DNA of 64,000 bases from Bdellovibrionota bacterium. GTDB lineage: Bacteria; Bdellovibrionota; UBA1018; UBA923. Position numbers and translations under genes: made by a program. The stretch spans positions 1-64,000 of the forward strand of contig JBFMCE010000003.1 in assembly GCA_040754655.1 (NCBI GenBank), written 5' to 3'. Shown here piece by piece: positions 1 through 9,515 of the stretch. The notes below the pieces were generated by a model that made no database searches, was not told where the DNA came from, and saw only the letters and a list, made by a program, of their open reading frames with translations. Positions within the stretch are counted from its first letter, which is position 1. The number at the start of each line of letters is the position of its first letter.

Positions 1-261
1 GTTTTTGAATTCGCGGCCAGCACGGAACTTCGGAACAGTCATTGCAGGAATCTTGATTTCTTTTCCTGTCTGAGGGTTGCGGCCAGTGCGAGCCTTGCGT
101 TTGCTCTTCGTAAAAGTACCGAAGCCGATGAGGGTAACATCGTCACCTTTCTTTACCGACTTTTTGATGCTGTCGAGGCAAGAATTCAGGACGTTTTCAC
201 AGTCCGTCTTGGTGAGTTTCGTTGTTTTAGCAATGGCTTCGATCAATTGAGCTTTATTCAT
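1..261 (-). CDS. hup: DNA-binding protein HU (3' end truncated by window edge; not in the supplied ORF track)
   Basis: Manual translation from ATG at 261: MNKAQLIEAIAKTTKLTKTDCENVLNSCLDSIKKSVKKGDDVTLIGFGTFTKSKRKARTGRNPQTGKEIKIPAMTVPKFRAGREFKN. Contains the GFGTF and GRNPQTG HU/IHF signatures; GGAGGT RBS at 276-271. Confidence 0.95.
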   Translation of the reverse strand, partial: MNKAQLIEAIAKTTKLTKTDCENVLNSCLDSIKKSVKKGDDVTLIGFGTFTKSKRKARTGRNPQTGKEIKIPAMTVPKFRAGREFKN

Positions 262-313
262 CTTAAGTAAACCTCCCTATTGAATTGGAAAAAATATCCC
301 CTAACAGATTCGG

Positions 314-342
314 ATTGTTACGAACTGTAGAACTGCTGTCAA
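314..342 (-). promoter_or_regulatory. Putative sigma70 promoter for HU
   Basis: Minus strand TTGACA (342-337), 17-nt spacer, AACAAT (319-314), upstream of the HU RBS. The -10 is imperfect. Confidence 0.45.
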
Positions 343-362
343 GGCTCTTTACGAAACTATTT

Positions 363-1322
363 TTAAAATGGGGCCAACGCCAGTTGCAATCCCAGGCTAA
401 TGACCGGCCCCATAGTCGTCACTTGTAAGCTGCCAAGGTCGGTTCCGTTTCGAAAGGGTAGATCTCCATTGAAAGGTTCTTTGAAATTTTTCTTGGGTAT
501 TCTCGTATAATAGCCGCCAATCTCGGCAAACACGGCCAGTGAGTGGATTACCCAATACTTCGCTGAAACAAGTCCCATAGCGGCGAAAGTGTCTTCTTTG
601 AAGGTAAACCCGTTTGGAGCCGTGCTCGACGTGGCGGTTACTGTCAGTGTGTTGCCCAGCGCCAGCCCTGCATAAGCCCCTAGCGTAACGTCGAACGCTT
701 TGCCTTGAACGACATCAAGTTGCAGCCCCGCAAAAACTGGGGTCGCCGAAATCGAAGCAGAATACTGTTCTCCAGCTGCATTAATCTTGGAAGTCGTGTG
801 GGAGTATCCACCAACACGCAAACCGATTCGGACGATATCGCTTAAGCGCACGGCAGCTTCACCAAATCCACCCGGTGCGAAATAAAGCTTGTTCTTTGAA
901 AGCCCCAATTTTGAACTGAGACCAGATGCCGTAAGGAAATATCCCCATCCTCCGGCTGAAAGAAAGAGCCAAGGTTCTTCCATCGTGCGGCGGCGTTCTT
1001 GATGGGCCTTTTCTTTGAGTTCCAGATCAGCAGAGCGAAATTCGTCGGAATGGGAGGCAACGGTAAGGTCGCCTTGCCATATCCAGCCGTACTGACCGCT
1101 GGGTGCCTTGATTTTAAACCAGCCATCCTTGCTTTGAGTCGAGATTCGAACGGCATCGCCTGACTTTTGGCTGCCAACTGGTCTTGAGTCAAATGATGGG
1201 CGTTCTCTGATTTGCGCTTCTTCGGCTGTGATGAGCGCATTCTGAGCTGCAAACGAAAGAGCAGGGAATGAGAGTAACAGAAGCAATCGTACGATGACAC
1301 CGTAGAGTGGCGTTGCTTTCAT
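363..1322 (-). CDS. Secreted SH3b-domain protein with C-terminal outer-membrane beta-barrel
   Basis: Signal peptide; SH3b-like segment (IRERPS...GWFKIK...GWIW); amphipathic beta-strand pattern ending in a terminal Phe. Confidence 0.65.
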   Translation of the reverse strand: MKATPLYGVIVRLLLLLSFPALSFAAQNALITAEEAQIRERPSFDSRPVGSQKSGDAVRISTQSKDGWFKIKAPSGQYGWIWQGDLTVASHSDEFRSADLELKEKAHQERRRTMEEPWLFLSAGGWGYFLTASGLSSKLGLSKNKLYFAPGGFGEAAVRLSDIVRIGLRVGGYSHTTSKINAAGEQYSASISATPVFAGLQLDVVQGKAFDVTLGAYAGLALGNTLTVTATSSTAPNGFTFKEDTFAAMGLVSAKYWVIHSLAVFAEIGGYYTRIPKKNFKEPFNGDLPFRNGTDLGSLQVTTMGPVISLGLQLALAPF

Positions 1323-1323
1323 T

Positions 1324-1767
1324 TCAAGGTTCCTCTTCTAATAAAGGGTTGCCAAAGAACAGTTGGTAGGCATGTTTAAGCCCGTTGGTATTTGACGGAT
1401 AACGGAGATGAGCAATGCTTTTTGCGGGGACAATCCACTGAAAGTCTTGATGTTCTTTGGGGTCGATCTTAGGTGTAGGGCAGTCGCTGATATAAAGGGC
1501 AAAGACGCGTTCTTTCGCATGGCCCGACCGTGAGGCGAATTCGAACTCATACGTGGTATCGAGGGGTTTTGTGTCAAATGTGAAGCCCGTCTCTTCTACG
1601 GATTCGCGGCATGCGGCCTCAAAGAATCCCTCGTGGTCTTCAACCGTGCCTGTAATGGGTTGCCAGAATTCTCCGCGAGCCTTGTTGGTTTTGAGCAAAA
1701 GGCATTGTTCTTGTCCTTGGTTACCTCGCGAAAATATCCAACACTGCACCTTGCGTTGTTGCATCAT
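1324..1767 (-). CDS. NUDIX hydrolase (NudB-like)
   Basis: Nudix box GTVEDHEGFFEAACRESVEETGF, preceded by FWQPITG and followed by EH..FQW as in NudB-type enzymes. Confidence 0.85.
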   Translation of the reverse strand: MMQQRKVQCWIFSRGNQGQEQCLLLKTNKARGEFWQPITGTVEDHEGFFEAACRESVEETGFTFDTKPLDTTYEFEFASRSGHAKERVFALYISDCPTPKIDPKEHQDFQWIVPAKSIAHLRYPSNTNGLKHAYQLFFGNPLLEEEP

Positions 1768-1832
1768 TTCCCAAATAGTACCTTGAAATCGAGAAGTTAA
1801 AAAGGTAGTGATTTCGATTCATGCGATTATGA

Positions 1833-1908
1833 GCCGACTTAGCTCAGGTGGTAGAGCAACGCTTTCGTAAAGCGTAGGTCGCAGGTTCGAGTCCCGCAGT
1901 CGGCACCA
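1833..1908 (+). tRNA. tRNA-Thr (anticodon CGT)
   Basis: 76-nt cloverleaf: acceptor GCCGACT/AGTCGGC, D-arm GCTC/GAGC, anticodon stem ACGCT/AGCGT with loop TTCGTAA, T-loop TTCGAGT, encoded CCA. Confidence 0.97.
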
Positions 1909-1935
1909 CGCAAACGCATCAAAAGCCAACGCAGG

Positions 1936-2583
1936 CTACTGAGCACCTGCCGGACGTGATGCAACAACAACGTATTGAGTTCGCAAAATACCTTGCCCGA
2001 GGTATTTCGGCATTGAATCCGTGAAGCGATCTCGTAAAACCTCACCGCTGAAGCCATGTTTTTCTAAGATCTCAAATACCTTTAAAAACGAGTACTGATT
2101 CACCGGGTAGGGGTGTTTTGCCCCTTCGGTTTGACGAAGGGCTGTTAAAGGCTTGTCCCCGAGAAATGTTCGAATGAGCACAAGCTCCGAGGTTGTTTCA
2201 AGCAAACGATCAAGAGCTGGCTGGAATTGGGTGAGGTGCTCGAGTGTTGCTGAGATCACGGAGATTTGCGCTTTTCGAGGGTGTTGCCTCTCGAGATCCA
2301 GGTTTGAAACCTTGCCTTCAAGTTCAGGAAAAATCTTTACCGCTTCATTCAGGTAGATGGGATCAATATCATATCCGTGATAATCAAGATTCAAATTGCG
2401 TCGCTTCAACCCTTTCCAAAATTGACCTAGATTGCAGCCCACATCGTTTAGCGTTTTTGCCGTGGTCAGATCCATCCGAGCCTCAATGCAGTCTAAGAAC
2501 TGTTCGACCCAAACGAGGTAATTGTTTTTTACCCGATCAATGCACGTCTTCAAATACTGTTCATTTTGTGTTGATTGGAACAT
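1936..2583 (-). CDS. Class I SAM-dependent methyltransferase
   Basis: Motif I LNDVGCNLG, acidic YDID, and TLEHL. Confidence 0.8.
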   Translation of the reverse strand: MFQSTQNEQYLKTCIDRVKNNYLVWVEQFLDCIEARMDLTTAKTLNDVGCNLGQFWKGLKRRNLNLDYHGYDIDPIYLNEAVKIFPELEGKVSNLDLERQHPRKAQISVISATLEHLTQFQPALDRLLETTSELVLIRTFLGDKPLTALRQTEGAKHPYPVNQYSFLKVFEILEKHGFSGEVLRDRFTDSMPKYLGQGILRTQYVVVASRPAGAQ

Positions 2584-2615
2584 GAACGACGCACCTCTCT
2601 ATGACTTCCGCATCT

Positions 2616-3044
2616 TTAAAGCACTTCAACAAGCTCGACAAATGAACCGTCGGGATCTTTGCAATAGGTCACCTTGGCGTATCCGTCAGGAGAACGTTGG
2701 GGAGGCGCATTAAAAACGACGCCCGCAGCTCGCAATTTCTGATATGCATCATCAATGTCAGGCACTGTTACTGCAAAATGAGTGATCCCCACCTCGCACG
2801 TCTCTCGTGATCGGTGGGACCTGCGATGAGATGCGAAGTTCAAGAGCTCGATGAGATTGCCATCAGGGGCCTTCATCTTGACCGTGGTCACGCGAACTCC
2901 TTCAAGAGCCAGCATCTGATCTAAGTATGAACCCGTTTCTTCGGCCTGTTTGTGCACCGTAAAACCTAAGAGATCGCGGTAAAACTTGAGTGATTTCTCT
3001 AGGTCGCTGACTACGATGCCGACATGCCGAATGTGCGTAATCAT
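2616..3044 (-). CDS. VOC/glyoxalase superfamily protein (methylmalonyl-CoA epimerase-like)
   Basis: HVGIVVSDLEKSLKFYRDLLGF, IELL, HFAV, DPDGSFVELVE; metal-ligand H/E/H/E pattern. Confidence 0.85.
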   Translation of the reverse strand: MITHIRHVGIVVSDLEKSLKFYRDLLGFTVHKQAEETGSYLDQMLALEGVRVTTVKMKAPDGNLIELLNFASHRRSHRSRETCEVGITHFAVTVPDIDDAYQKLRAAGVVFNAPPQRSPDGYAKVTYCKDPDGSFVELVEVL

Positions 3045-4435
3045 CGTGATTCTCTGTCAATTTCTGTAATGCTCTCTTTCAAAGCGGCAATTCCTTCAAG
3101 TAAAGCGTCGTCGCCTATGACGAGCGGTGGTCCTAGCTTGATCGATTCCCTACCCGTGTGCACGACCAGGAGCCCCTTTTGCATCGCCCGCTCTGAGACA
3201 TAACTTGGAAACACTGTGTCTGGCTCATTCGAACCTGGTTTTTTAAAGAGCACGGCTGCGATCAAACCCTTGCCCAAGATATACGAGATGCGATCCGGAA
3301 AGCTTGCTTGTATGTCCGCCAGTCCTTTGAATAAGAGCTCACCCTTGCGCTCAGTTTCAGAGATGAGTTCCAGCCTTTCAATTTCTTCCAAGGTAGCGAG
3401 ACCAGCCGCCGACACCAGGGGATTGGCCGAATGGGTGCTGCTCATATTGCCTACTTCAGGCAAGTCCATGATGTGCTTTCGACCAAGTACTCCAGAAATA
3501 GGAAAACCAGATCCCATGCCTTTTCCAACAGCGATGAGATCGGGTTCGACCTCGTAGTGTTCAAAACCAAATCGTTTTCCAGTTCTGGCAAAACCTGCCT
3601 GCATTTCATCGAAGGCAAGCAAGGCGCCGTTGCTTCTGCAGATTCTCTCGATGCTTTTTACGAAGGCCTTGGGATAGAATACCGCGCCCCATCCCTGAAA
3701 AGTCTCAAGCATGAAACCACAAATGTCTTTGGAAAGGTCAACGCCAGAGTCAGTGATCTTTTTCAGTCCTGTGGCGAGGAACCTCTCAGCAGCCGCCTCG
3801 TTTTCAATCAACCAAGGATAAGGAAATGGAATGTGATGGATGTTGGGATCAAGGTACCCCACCCACTCTTTTTGTTTAATATTGCTGCTCATCATTTGGG
3901 CGCCCATCGTGCGGCCATGCCAATTTGATTCGATGCAGATGACGCCCAGTTTGCGTTTTCCTTGGGTCTGCCCGTGCATTCTCATCAGCTTGAGCGCGGC
4001 TTCAGTCGCTTCTGTGCCTGCGGAAAGCAAAAAGGCCTTCTCAAAAGGAGGTCCTGCGAACTCGACGAGCTTCTTTAAGTAATGCAACCGAGGCTCGTTG
4101 GCGTAAGCGTATGAGTGCACCAGTTGTTGGTCGAGCATCTTGCGAAGAGAGCTTGCAAGGTGTTCGTTTGCATGTCCAATATTCGTCACAAAGATAGTCG
4201 AAGTGAAGTCGATCCATTTATTCCCTGCTTTGTCATAAATACTATGACCCTTGGCCTTGTCCCAGACCAGAGGCAACTGGCCATGCATCGATCTAGATTC
4301 AACCTGATCGAGCTGGTTTAAGATCTGCTCAGTGCCCGGCGTAGGAATCTCGGTCTTTATCGTGCGGTGTTTCGTTTCGATGAGTGGGACTTTTTTTGGA
4401 GCGCGTGAAAATTGATATCCTGCCATTATTGTCAC
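3041..4435 (-). CDS. Class III PLP-dependent aminotransferase
   Basis: GTEATEAALK, WHGRT, FDEMQAGFARTG, GKGMGSG (PLP lysine); GTG start overlaps the neuA stop. Confidence 0.9.
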   Translation of the reverse strand: MTIMAGYQFSRAPKKVPLIETKHRTIKTEIPTPGTEQILNQLDQVESRSMHGQLPLVWDKAKGHSIYDKAGNKWIDFTSTIFVTNIGHANEHLASSLRKMLDQQLVHSYAYANEPRLHYLKKLVEFAGPPFEKAFLLSAGTEATEAALKLMRMHGQTQGKRKLGVICIESNWHGRTMGAQMMSSNIKQKEWVGYLDPNIHHIPFPYPWLIENEAAAERFLATGLKKITDSGVDLSKDICGFMLETFQGWGAVFYPKAFVKSIERICRSNGALLAFDEMQAGFARTGKRFGFEHYEVEPDLIAVGKGMGSGFPISGVLGRKHIMDLPEVGNMSSTHSANPLVSAAGLATLEEIERLELISETERKGELLFKGLADIQASFPDRISYILGKGLIAAVLFKKPGSNEPDTVFPSYVSERAMQKGLLVVHTGRESIKLGPPLVIGDDALLEGIAALKESITEIDRESR

Positions 4436-5151
4436 CCGAATAGTTTTTGGAAAATAGTTTTGTCTTTATGGATCTGGAACTCAAGAAGTTCGAATTCTTC
4501 AAGCGTATCCACTTCGACGACCTTTGACGTTACGAAGCCGTAAACTTTGTTCCCATGAATGCGCTCGTGCTCTAATACGAATGAGGCGCGCAAGACATCT
4601 ACGTATCCATTGCCATAAAAGGTCGGTGGAAACGCTTGTCTGGCAGAGTTTGAAGCATCCAGTTCGAAGGATCCTGATCCCACGGCCTTTAACCACTCTT
4701 CGTGGATCTCGAAAGACTTGTAAGCAGACTCTGGCATCTGGTGCACCGAGCGCAACGCGGTTGAGGGCGGTGAAGTTCTGAATTTTTCTATGGCTTGGTC
4801 AATGAGTTCAGGCTCTCTGAGCGGAGTTGTCGGCCTCAAGTGCACTAAGAATTCCGGTAGTTTGCCTTCATTGTCTTTAAACCAATCAAGCGCATGAGCG
4901 ACAAATTCATAATCGGTTGACCGATCGCCTGAAATTGCAGCGGGTCTGAGGAAAGGAACTTCGGCGCCGTAGTGTCGCGCGATCTCGGCGATCTCGCTAG
5001 AGTCCGTTGAAACGATCGTTCTCGAGGTGTGTTTTGATAAAATCGATGCTCGTATTGAATATGCGATCAGCGGGTGCCCATGAAGTTGCTTGAGGTTTTT
5101 TCCGGGAATGCCTTTTGAGCCGCCTCTGGCGGGAATAATAGAATAAACCAT
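4432..5151 (-). CDS. neuA: Acylneuraminate (CMP-nonulosonate) cytidylyltransferase
   Basis: IIPARGGSKGIPGKN, VSTDS, PFLRP, LRPTTPLR, EVDT..EF motifs. Confidence 0.9.
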   Translation of the reverse strand: MVYSIIPARGGSKGIPGKNLKQLHGHPLIAYSIRASILSKHTSRTIVSTDSSEIAEIARHYGAEVPFLRPAAISGDRSTDYEFVAHALDWFKDNEGKLPEFLVHLRPTTPLREPELIDQAIEKFRTSPPSTALRSVHQMPESAYKSFEIHEEWLKAVGSGSFELDASNSARQAFPPTFYGNGYVDVLRASFVLEHERIHGNKVYGFVTSKVVEVDTLEEFELLEFQIHKDKTIFQKLFG

Positions 5152-5168
5152 AACCTTCAGCCGAGATC

Positions 5169-5642
5169 CTAGTTCCTCGCCGCGGAATTTGCAACGACCC
5201 AGTCGTAGACATGCCTGACGATGCCGCTTCCACCGGCGGCCGGGATTGTTTTCTTCGCGAGCTTCAAGATTTCAGGATGGCTGTCATTGGGGCACATTGA
5301 AAAACCTACTATCTGCATGCAACCCGCGTCGTTCATATCATTACCGATGTAGCAAACGTCGCTTGGCGTGAGGCTTTTCTTTTCCAAAAGGGCGACAAGG
5401 GCTGCTTTTTTATCTTCCTGACCTTGAATGGCCTCAATATTGAGTTTTCTTGCGCGAGCACTCACCACGGGGTTTTTTTCGGTGGAAAGAATGATTTGTT
5501 CGATCCCCAGCTTTCGAATTTGTCCCATCCACCACCCGTCAGAGCGGTTGCAGGCCACGCTTTCACGTCCATCTTCCGTGACCCAAACTCGGTTATCGGT
5601 GAGGACGCCATCAAAGTCGTAAACGATGAGTCGCGTTACCAT
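5169..5642 (-). CDS. HAD phosphatase, KdsC/YrbI (Kdo-8-P / KDN-9-P phosphatase) family
   Basis: DFDGVLTD motif I, GNDMND motif IV, C-terminal GGSGIVR. Confidence 0.85.
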   Translation of the reverse strand: MVTRLIVYDFDGVLTDNRVWVTEDGRESVACNRSDGWWMGQIRKLGIEQIILSTEKNPVVSARARKLNIEAIQGQEDKKAALVALLEKKSLTPSDVCYIGNDMNDAGCMQIVGFSMCPNDSHPEILKLAKKTIPAAGGSGIVRHVYDWVVANSAARN

Positions 5643-6481
5643 ATGGTTCTGCCTCCATCGATCACAAGGTTCGCACCTGTCATGAACGACGAGGCATCCG
5701 AGGCTAAAAATACTAATGCGCCCTTGTATTCATGGGGCTTAGCCATTCTTCCCATGGGGATGCGTTCAGTGAGTTCGCGAATGAACTTGGGGTCTTGATT
5801 GTTTTCAACGCCGGCAGGAGAGATCGCATTGACTCGGATATTTTGTTTCGCCCAGTAGGTCGCCCAATACCTCGTCATATGAATGAGGGCTGCCTTGCTT
5901 GTCGCGTACGACAACGGCGTATTGAATCCCACTCCTGGATAGTCTCTTTCGGGATTTGGCTGGTAGATGCGATGGTCGGGGCTAATGACGCCTACATCGG
6001 AGGCGATGTTGATGATCGAGGCCCGCGGTGCGCGTTTTAGAAGGGGAGCCAAGCCCTGGGTCACCATGAAAGTGCCGGTTAAGTTGACGTGCATTGCAAG
6101 GTTCCAAAGTTCGAGCGGATACTCTTCGAATGAGTCAAAATAGCGCTTAAACTTTTCTTGCCCACGGGCGACCGTCATTCCCGCATTGTTCACAAGGATA
6201 TCAAGTTTGCCGAATTTCTCTTCGATAATTTGCGAAGCCTTGTCGATCGAGGCTTTGTCGCCAATATCGACTTCTTGAACGTGAATCTTTCCTTTGTGTT
6301 TTTCTTCCAAAGCCTGCTTGGCCTGTTGCAACGCATCGGGGTTGATGTCCCAGAGCATGACAGAAGCATTTGCTTCAGCTAGCGCAGCAGCATGTTGTTT
6401 CCCAAGCAGGCCGGCACCGCCCGTAATAACGGCAACACGGTCGGAAAGATCAAATAAGGCGTGAATCGATATCGTTTCCAT
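5636..6481 (-). CDS. SDR oxidoreductase (type common in nonulosonic acid clusters)
   Basis: TGGAGLLG, NNAG, YATSK catalytic motif, GANLVIDGG. Confidence 0.88.
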   Translation of the reverse strand: METISIHALFDLSDRVAVITGGAGLLGKQHAAALAEANASVMLWDINPDALQQAKQALEEKHKGKIHVQEVDIGDKASIDKASQIIEEKFGKLDILVNNAGMTVARGQEKFKRYFDSFEEYPLELWNLAMHVNLTGTFMVTQGLAPLLKRAPRASIINIASDVGVISPDHRIYQPNPERDYPGVGFNTPLSYATSKAALIHMTRYWATYWAKQNIRVNAISPAGVENNQDPKFIRELTERIPMGRMAKPHEYKGALVFLASDASSFMTGANLVIDGGRTIW

Positions 6482-6583
6482 AAGAACTCTCTTTGCACGG
6501 GTCGCCAGGTTAAGGCAAGGTCCTCGTTATGGTCGACTTGTTTTGGGCTTTCTTGGACTTCAAATCATGCTACAGTTGGGCCC

Positions 6584-7477
6584 ATGGCGCAAACCGAATG
6601 CTTGAACTGCAAGTTTAGCGAACACGAAGTGAAGTACAAGGGACCTATTCGAGCAGGAACTTGGGGCCATCAGACCTCCGAAGACCAGCAAGTGCTCGCC
6701 TGCAAGCGATGCGGGCTTGCGCGGCTTGAGCATTTTCCGGATCAAAAAAAATTCTATAGCTCGGCAGAGTATCGCAATGCATATAATGGCTCTGTTCAGG
6801 TTCAAGATTATTTCAAGCTTCATGATCATGAACAGTCTCCTCGCATCGCGAACATCGGCGTTGAAAAGTTTCGGGGCGCTCGTGTTCTTGATTATGGTTG
6901 TGGCGGTGGGGCATTTCTGGATTTGGTGAAAGGTGTTGCCCAAGAGACTTTTGGGATTGAACCTTGCCTTGAGTTTCACGAGAGCTTAGGGAAACGCGGC
7001 CACCAAATTTTTGAATCGGCCCAAGATGCGCTTTCTCGAGTTGACGGGTCGATGGATGTCGTGCTGTCTTTCGGAGTGATTGAGCATGTCGTAGATCCGC
7101 TTGAATATCTTCAAAACATCAAAAGATTATTGAAACCCGGCCGAAGCGCTTACCTGGAAACCGACAACCTCAATGAGATTTTGATGAACCTAGAAGTTCG
7201 TGAGTTTGAGCCCTTCTTTTATCGAACAGCTCATCTTTGGTATTTCACCGCTGAGACTTTGAAATCGCTTTGTGAAAGGGCGGGGCTTGAGGTGAGGCAC
7301 ATTGGGTTTCGGCACACTTACGATCTTTCAAACGCGATGGTGTGGATGAGAGACAGGCGTCCTACAGGGTTGAATAAGCTTGGCCTTTTTGATGATTCAA
7401 TGAATGCCATGTGGCGATCTTCGTTGGAAGCAAGAGGCTTGGCTGATCTTATTTTCTTCGAGGTTGGGAAGGGTTAG
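6584..7477 (+). CDS. Class I SAM-dependent methyltransferase with N-terminal CxxC/CxxC zinc ribbon
   Basis: CLNC...CKRC, VLDYGCGGG, VIEHVVDP, LKPG. Start re-assigned to ATG 6584, 7 nt after an extended -10-like TGCTACAGT. Confidence 0.85.
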   Translation: MAQTECLNCKFSEHEVKYKGPIRAGTWGHQTSEDQQVLACKRCGLARLEHFPDQKKFYSSAEYRNAYNGSVQVQDYFKLHDHEQSPRIANIGVEKFRGARVLDYGCGGGAFLDLVKGVAQETFGIEPCLEFHESLGKRGHQIFESAQDALSRVDGSMDVVLSFGVIEHVVDPLEYLQNIKRLLKPGRSAYLETDNLNEILMNLEVREFEPFFYRTAHLWYFTAETLKSLCERAGLEVRHIGFRHTYDLSNAMVWMRDRRPTGLNKLGLFDDSMNAMWRSSLEARGLADLIFFEVGKG

Positions 7478-7570
7478 GCGCTTCTTACACGAAGATATGG
7501 AAGCCTTGGTTCGCGTTCGTTCTGAGGCAGCTCAGTTTGATGACGAGGGGCTTGGAGGAGTCAGGGCAGC

Positions 7571-8266
7571 TTATTCGTTCGGTCGATCTATTTGGAATGT
7601 AATCCCGTCTTTGTACTTAGAGTCGCCGTAGTTTGTTTCCCAAAGGATTTTACTGGCGGCGCTATCGTCTCGAAAACTAATCTTGTAAGCAGTAGATCCG
7701 AGTTCGCTTGCGTTTTCTTCTGAGATCTTGAATTCGACCTGTCGTTGAAAGGTCGTATTTTCGGGCCGAAATTTTGCCTTTCCGATTGGAAACAGCGTTC
7801 CTTGGTAGGAGCCTAGACGCGACTGAACGACTGCATGGATAGCGTCGAGGTCTCTTTTAGAGATCGTTTGCACCATCTTGTTGTAAGCGTCTCTTGCCGC
7901 ATCCAAGCAGTACTTAAAGGATTTAGAGTGTTTTTTTGAGTTTCCGGCGGTCTTTATCTCGAACTTGGTTGTTCGCGGATATCCCGTTTCACCGCGTGAG
8001 ATGATAAATTCGTAATCTCCCCTGACGGCATCTTTTTGAAGATCGGCAGTCCTTATTCCGCTTCGAGTCAAGCACCCCTGAAACATTGCAAGTGGGATTC
8101 CCGTAAAATGCCATGCGGAATATTGTCTTTGGGATCGTGTAAAATTATCTGAGGGATTAGTTGCGGTTGCGCAGCCGGTGATGGAGCTGAGGATCATGCA
8201 TCCAAGAAGTAGCGCTAGCTGCATTTTTCTCCGACGTGATGGATTTAAACAGAAGTACTTTATCAT
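7571..8266 (-). CDS. Hypothetical lipoprotein
   Basis: Basic N-terminus, hydrophobic stretch and lipobox-like ITGC; no recognisable domain. Confidence 0.6.
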   Translation of the reverse strand: MIKYFCLNPSRRRKMQLALLLGCMILSSITGCATATNPSDNFTRSQRQYSAWHFTGIPLAMFQGCLTRSGIRTADLQKDAVRGDYEFIISRGETGYPRTTKFEIKTAGNSKKHSKSFKYCLDAARDAYNKMVQTISKRDLDAIHAVVQSRLGSYQGTLFPIGKAKFRPENTTFQRQVEFKISEENASELGSTAYKISFRDDSAASKILWETNYGDSKYKDGITFQIDRPNE

Positions 8267-8295
8267 GGGTTTTATTACTTCAAGGATCCCGTTTT

Positions 8296-8322
8296 AAAAA
8301 GCCTTATTTGGGCTCTTTTTTT
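8296..8322. terminator. Terminator-like hairpin flanked by A and T runs
   Basis: AAAAAGCCT-TATTT-GGGCT-CTTTTTTT; short stem. Confidence 0.35.
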
Positions 8323-8372
8323 GGGAGTGTCGCTCGTTCGTGTGTTCGCGTGGCGGAGAAGTAGGTGATTCG

Positions 8373-8388
8373 TGGCCTGAAGATTGCT
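8373..8388 (+). promoter_or_regulatory. Putative sigma54 (-24/-12) promoter of the HNH gene
   Basis: TGGCCTGAAGATTGCT has exact GG-N10-GC spacing and matches TGGCACG-N4-TTGCW with 2 mismatches. It ends 25 nt before the ATG at 8414. Confidence 0.6.
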
Positions 8389-8413
8389 TAGGTTGCGGCA
8401 AGAGGTAAAGAAA

Positions 8414-9442
8414 ATGAACGAGTTTCAATCCAAACTTCATGAACAGGCGTTGGTGGTGGCTAGAACACATCGGGAGGCAGAAGCGGATCTTCTCGACGTC
8501 TTGCAAAAGGTTGAACAGCACAAGGTATTCATTGCGGTTGGCTGCTCGAGCATGTTCCAGTACTGCGTCCAAATCTTAAGACTGTCTGAGAACACGGCGT
8601 TCAATGCCATTACTGTCGCAAGAAAATCCAAAGAAGTTCCAAGTCTCAAGCAGGAAGTGAAGGCTGGTCGAATTACCCTTTCCAGTGCCAGAAGAGTTAC
8701 TTCGGTATTAACTCCGAAAAACCAACAGAAGTGGCTGGGACTTGCCTCGCGCCTTCCACAAAGGGCGCTTGAAAGGGAGATTGCAAAAGAAAACCCAAGA
8801 ACCGCTACTCGAGAGATGGCGACCTATGTCTCAGAACACAGATTGGAGTTGAAACTTGGCGTTTCGGAAAAACTTATTGCCGATTTAAGAAGGGTTCAAG
8901 ACCTCTTGAGTCAAAAGCGCCAGAAGCCCGTAAGTCTTGAGCAAGCTTTGGAGGCGATGACAGCGCTTTACCTTGAAAGTAACGATCCGGTAAAGAAAGC
9001 GGACCGGATTCTTGGGAGGGTTGGCCGGCAATCGGATTCTGTAGGAAAGACACCGCAGGTCGCGACGGAGAATCATAAGGTGCCGGCGCAATACGAAGAC
9101 CAGATCTCGACAACTCAATTCGGCGCACGCCGAGAATCCCGACAAGTTAGGACAGGTGCTCCAATGTCTTTCATGACTGCGCCGCAAAGGCTAGCCGAGG
9201 CTCAACCCGTGCGTCCTAATAGGAGAGCAGCGATTTTAGCTGGAGTTCGTCATAAGGTCTTTAGGAAGACAAAGGGACAATGCACTTATCGGGACTCCAA
9301 AGGAAATCGATGCAATGAGCAGAGGTGGCTGCATTTTCACCATATCAAACCCGTTTCAGAGGGGGGCGAAAATGTTCAAGAAAATCTCACGCTTCTTTGT
9401 AGGAATCACCATGTCTATTTGCATCGGATGGGAGTGATATAG
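8414..9442 (+). CDS. HNH endonuclease with long N-terminal helical (DUF222-like) domain
   Basis: C-terminal CTY...C...HFHHIKPVSEGGENVQENLTLLCRNHH; N-terminal SSMFQYCVQILRLSE helical region; ATG 8414 after AGAGG. Confidence 0.88.
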   Translation: MNEFQSKLHEQALVVARTHREAEADLLDVLQKVEQHKVFIAVGCSSMFQYCVQILRLSENTAFNAITVARKSKEVPSLKQEVKAGRITLSSARRVTSVLTPKNQQKWLGLASRLPQRALEREIAKENPRTATREMATYVSEHRLELKLGVSEKLIADLRRVQDLLSQKRQKPVSLEQALEAMTALYLESNDPVKKADRILGRVGRQSDSVGKTPQVATENHKVPAQYEDQISTTQFGARRESRQVRTGAPMSFMTAPQRLAEAQPVRPNRRAAILAGVRHKVFRKTKGQCTYRDSKGNRCNEQRWLHFHHIKPVSEGGENVQENLTLLCRNHHVYLHRMGVI

Positions 9443-9515
9443 GTACTGAGTAAGTCATTGGAAGAAAAAACTTGTCGGAAAGAAGTAAGCTTTTCCTTTT
9501 GTCCCTTCTGGAATG

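Noticed and set aside
1833..1935. tRNA-Thr as the attachment site of an integrative island
   Set aside because: No integrase is adjacent and I found no duplicated tRNA 3' end in the window. It could lie outside, so this is unsupported rather than excluded.
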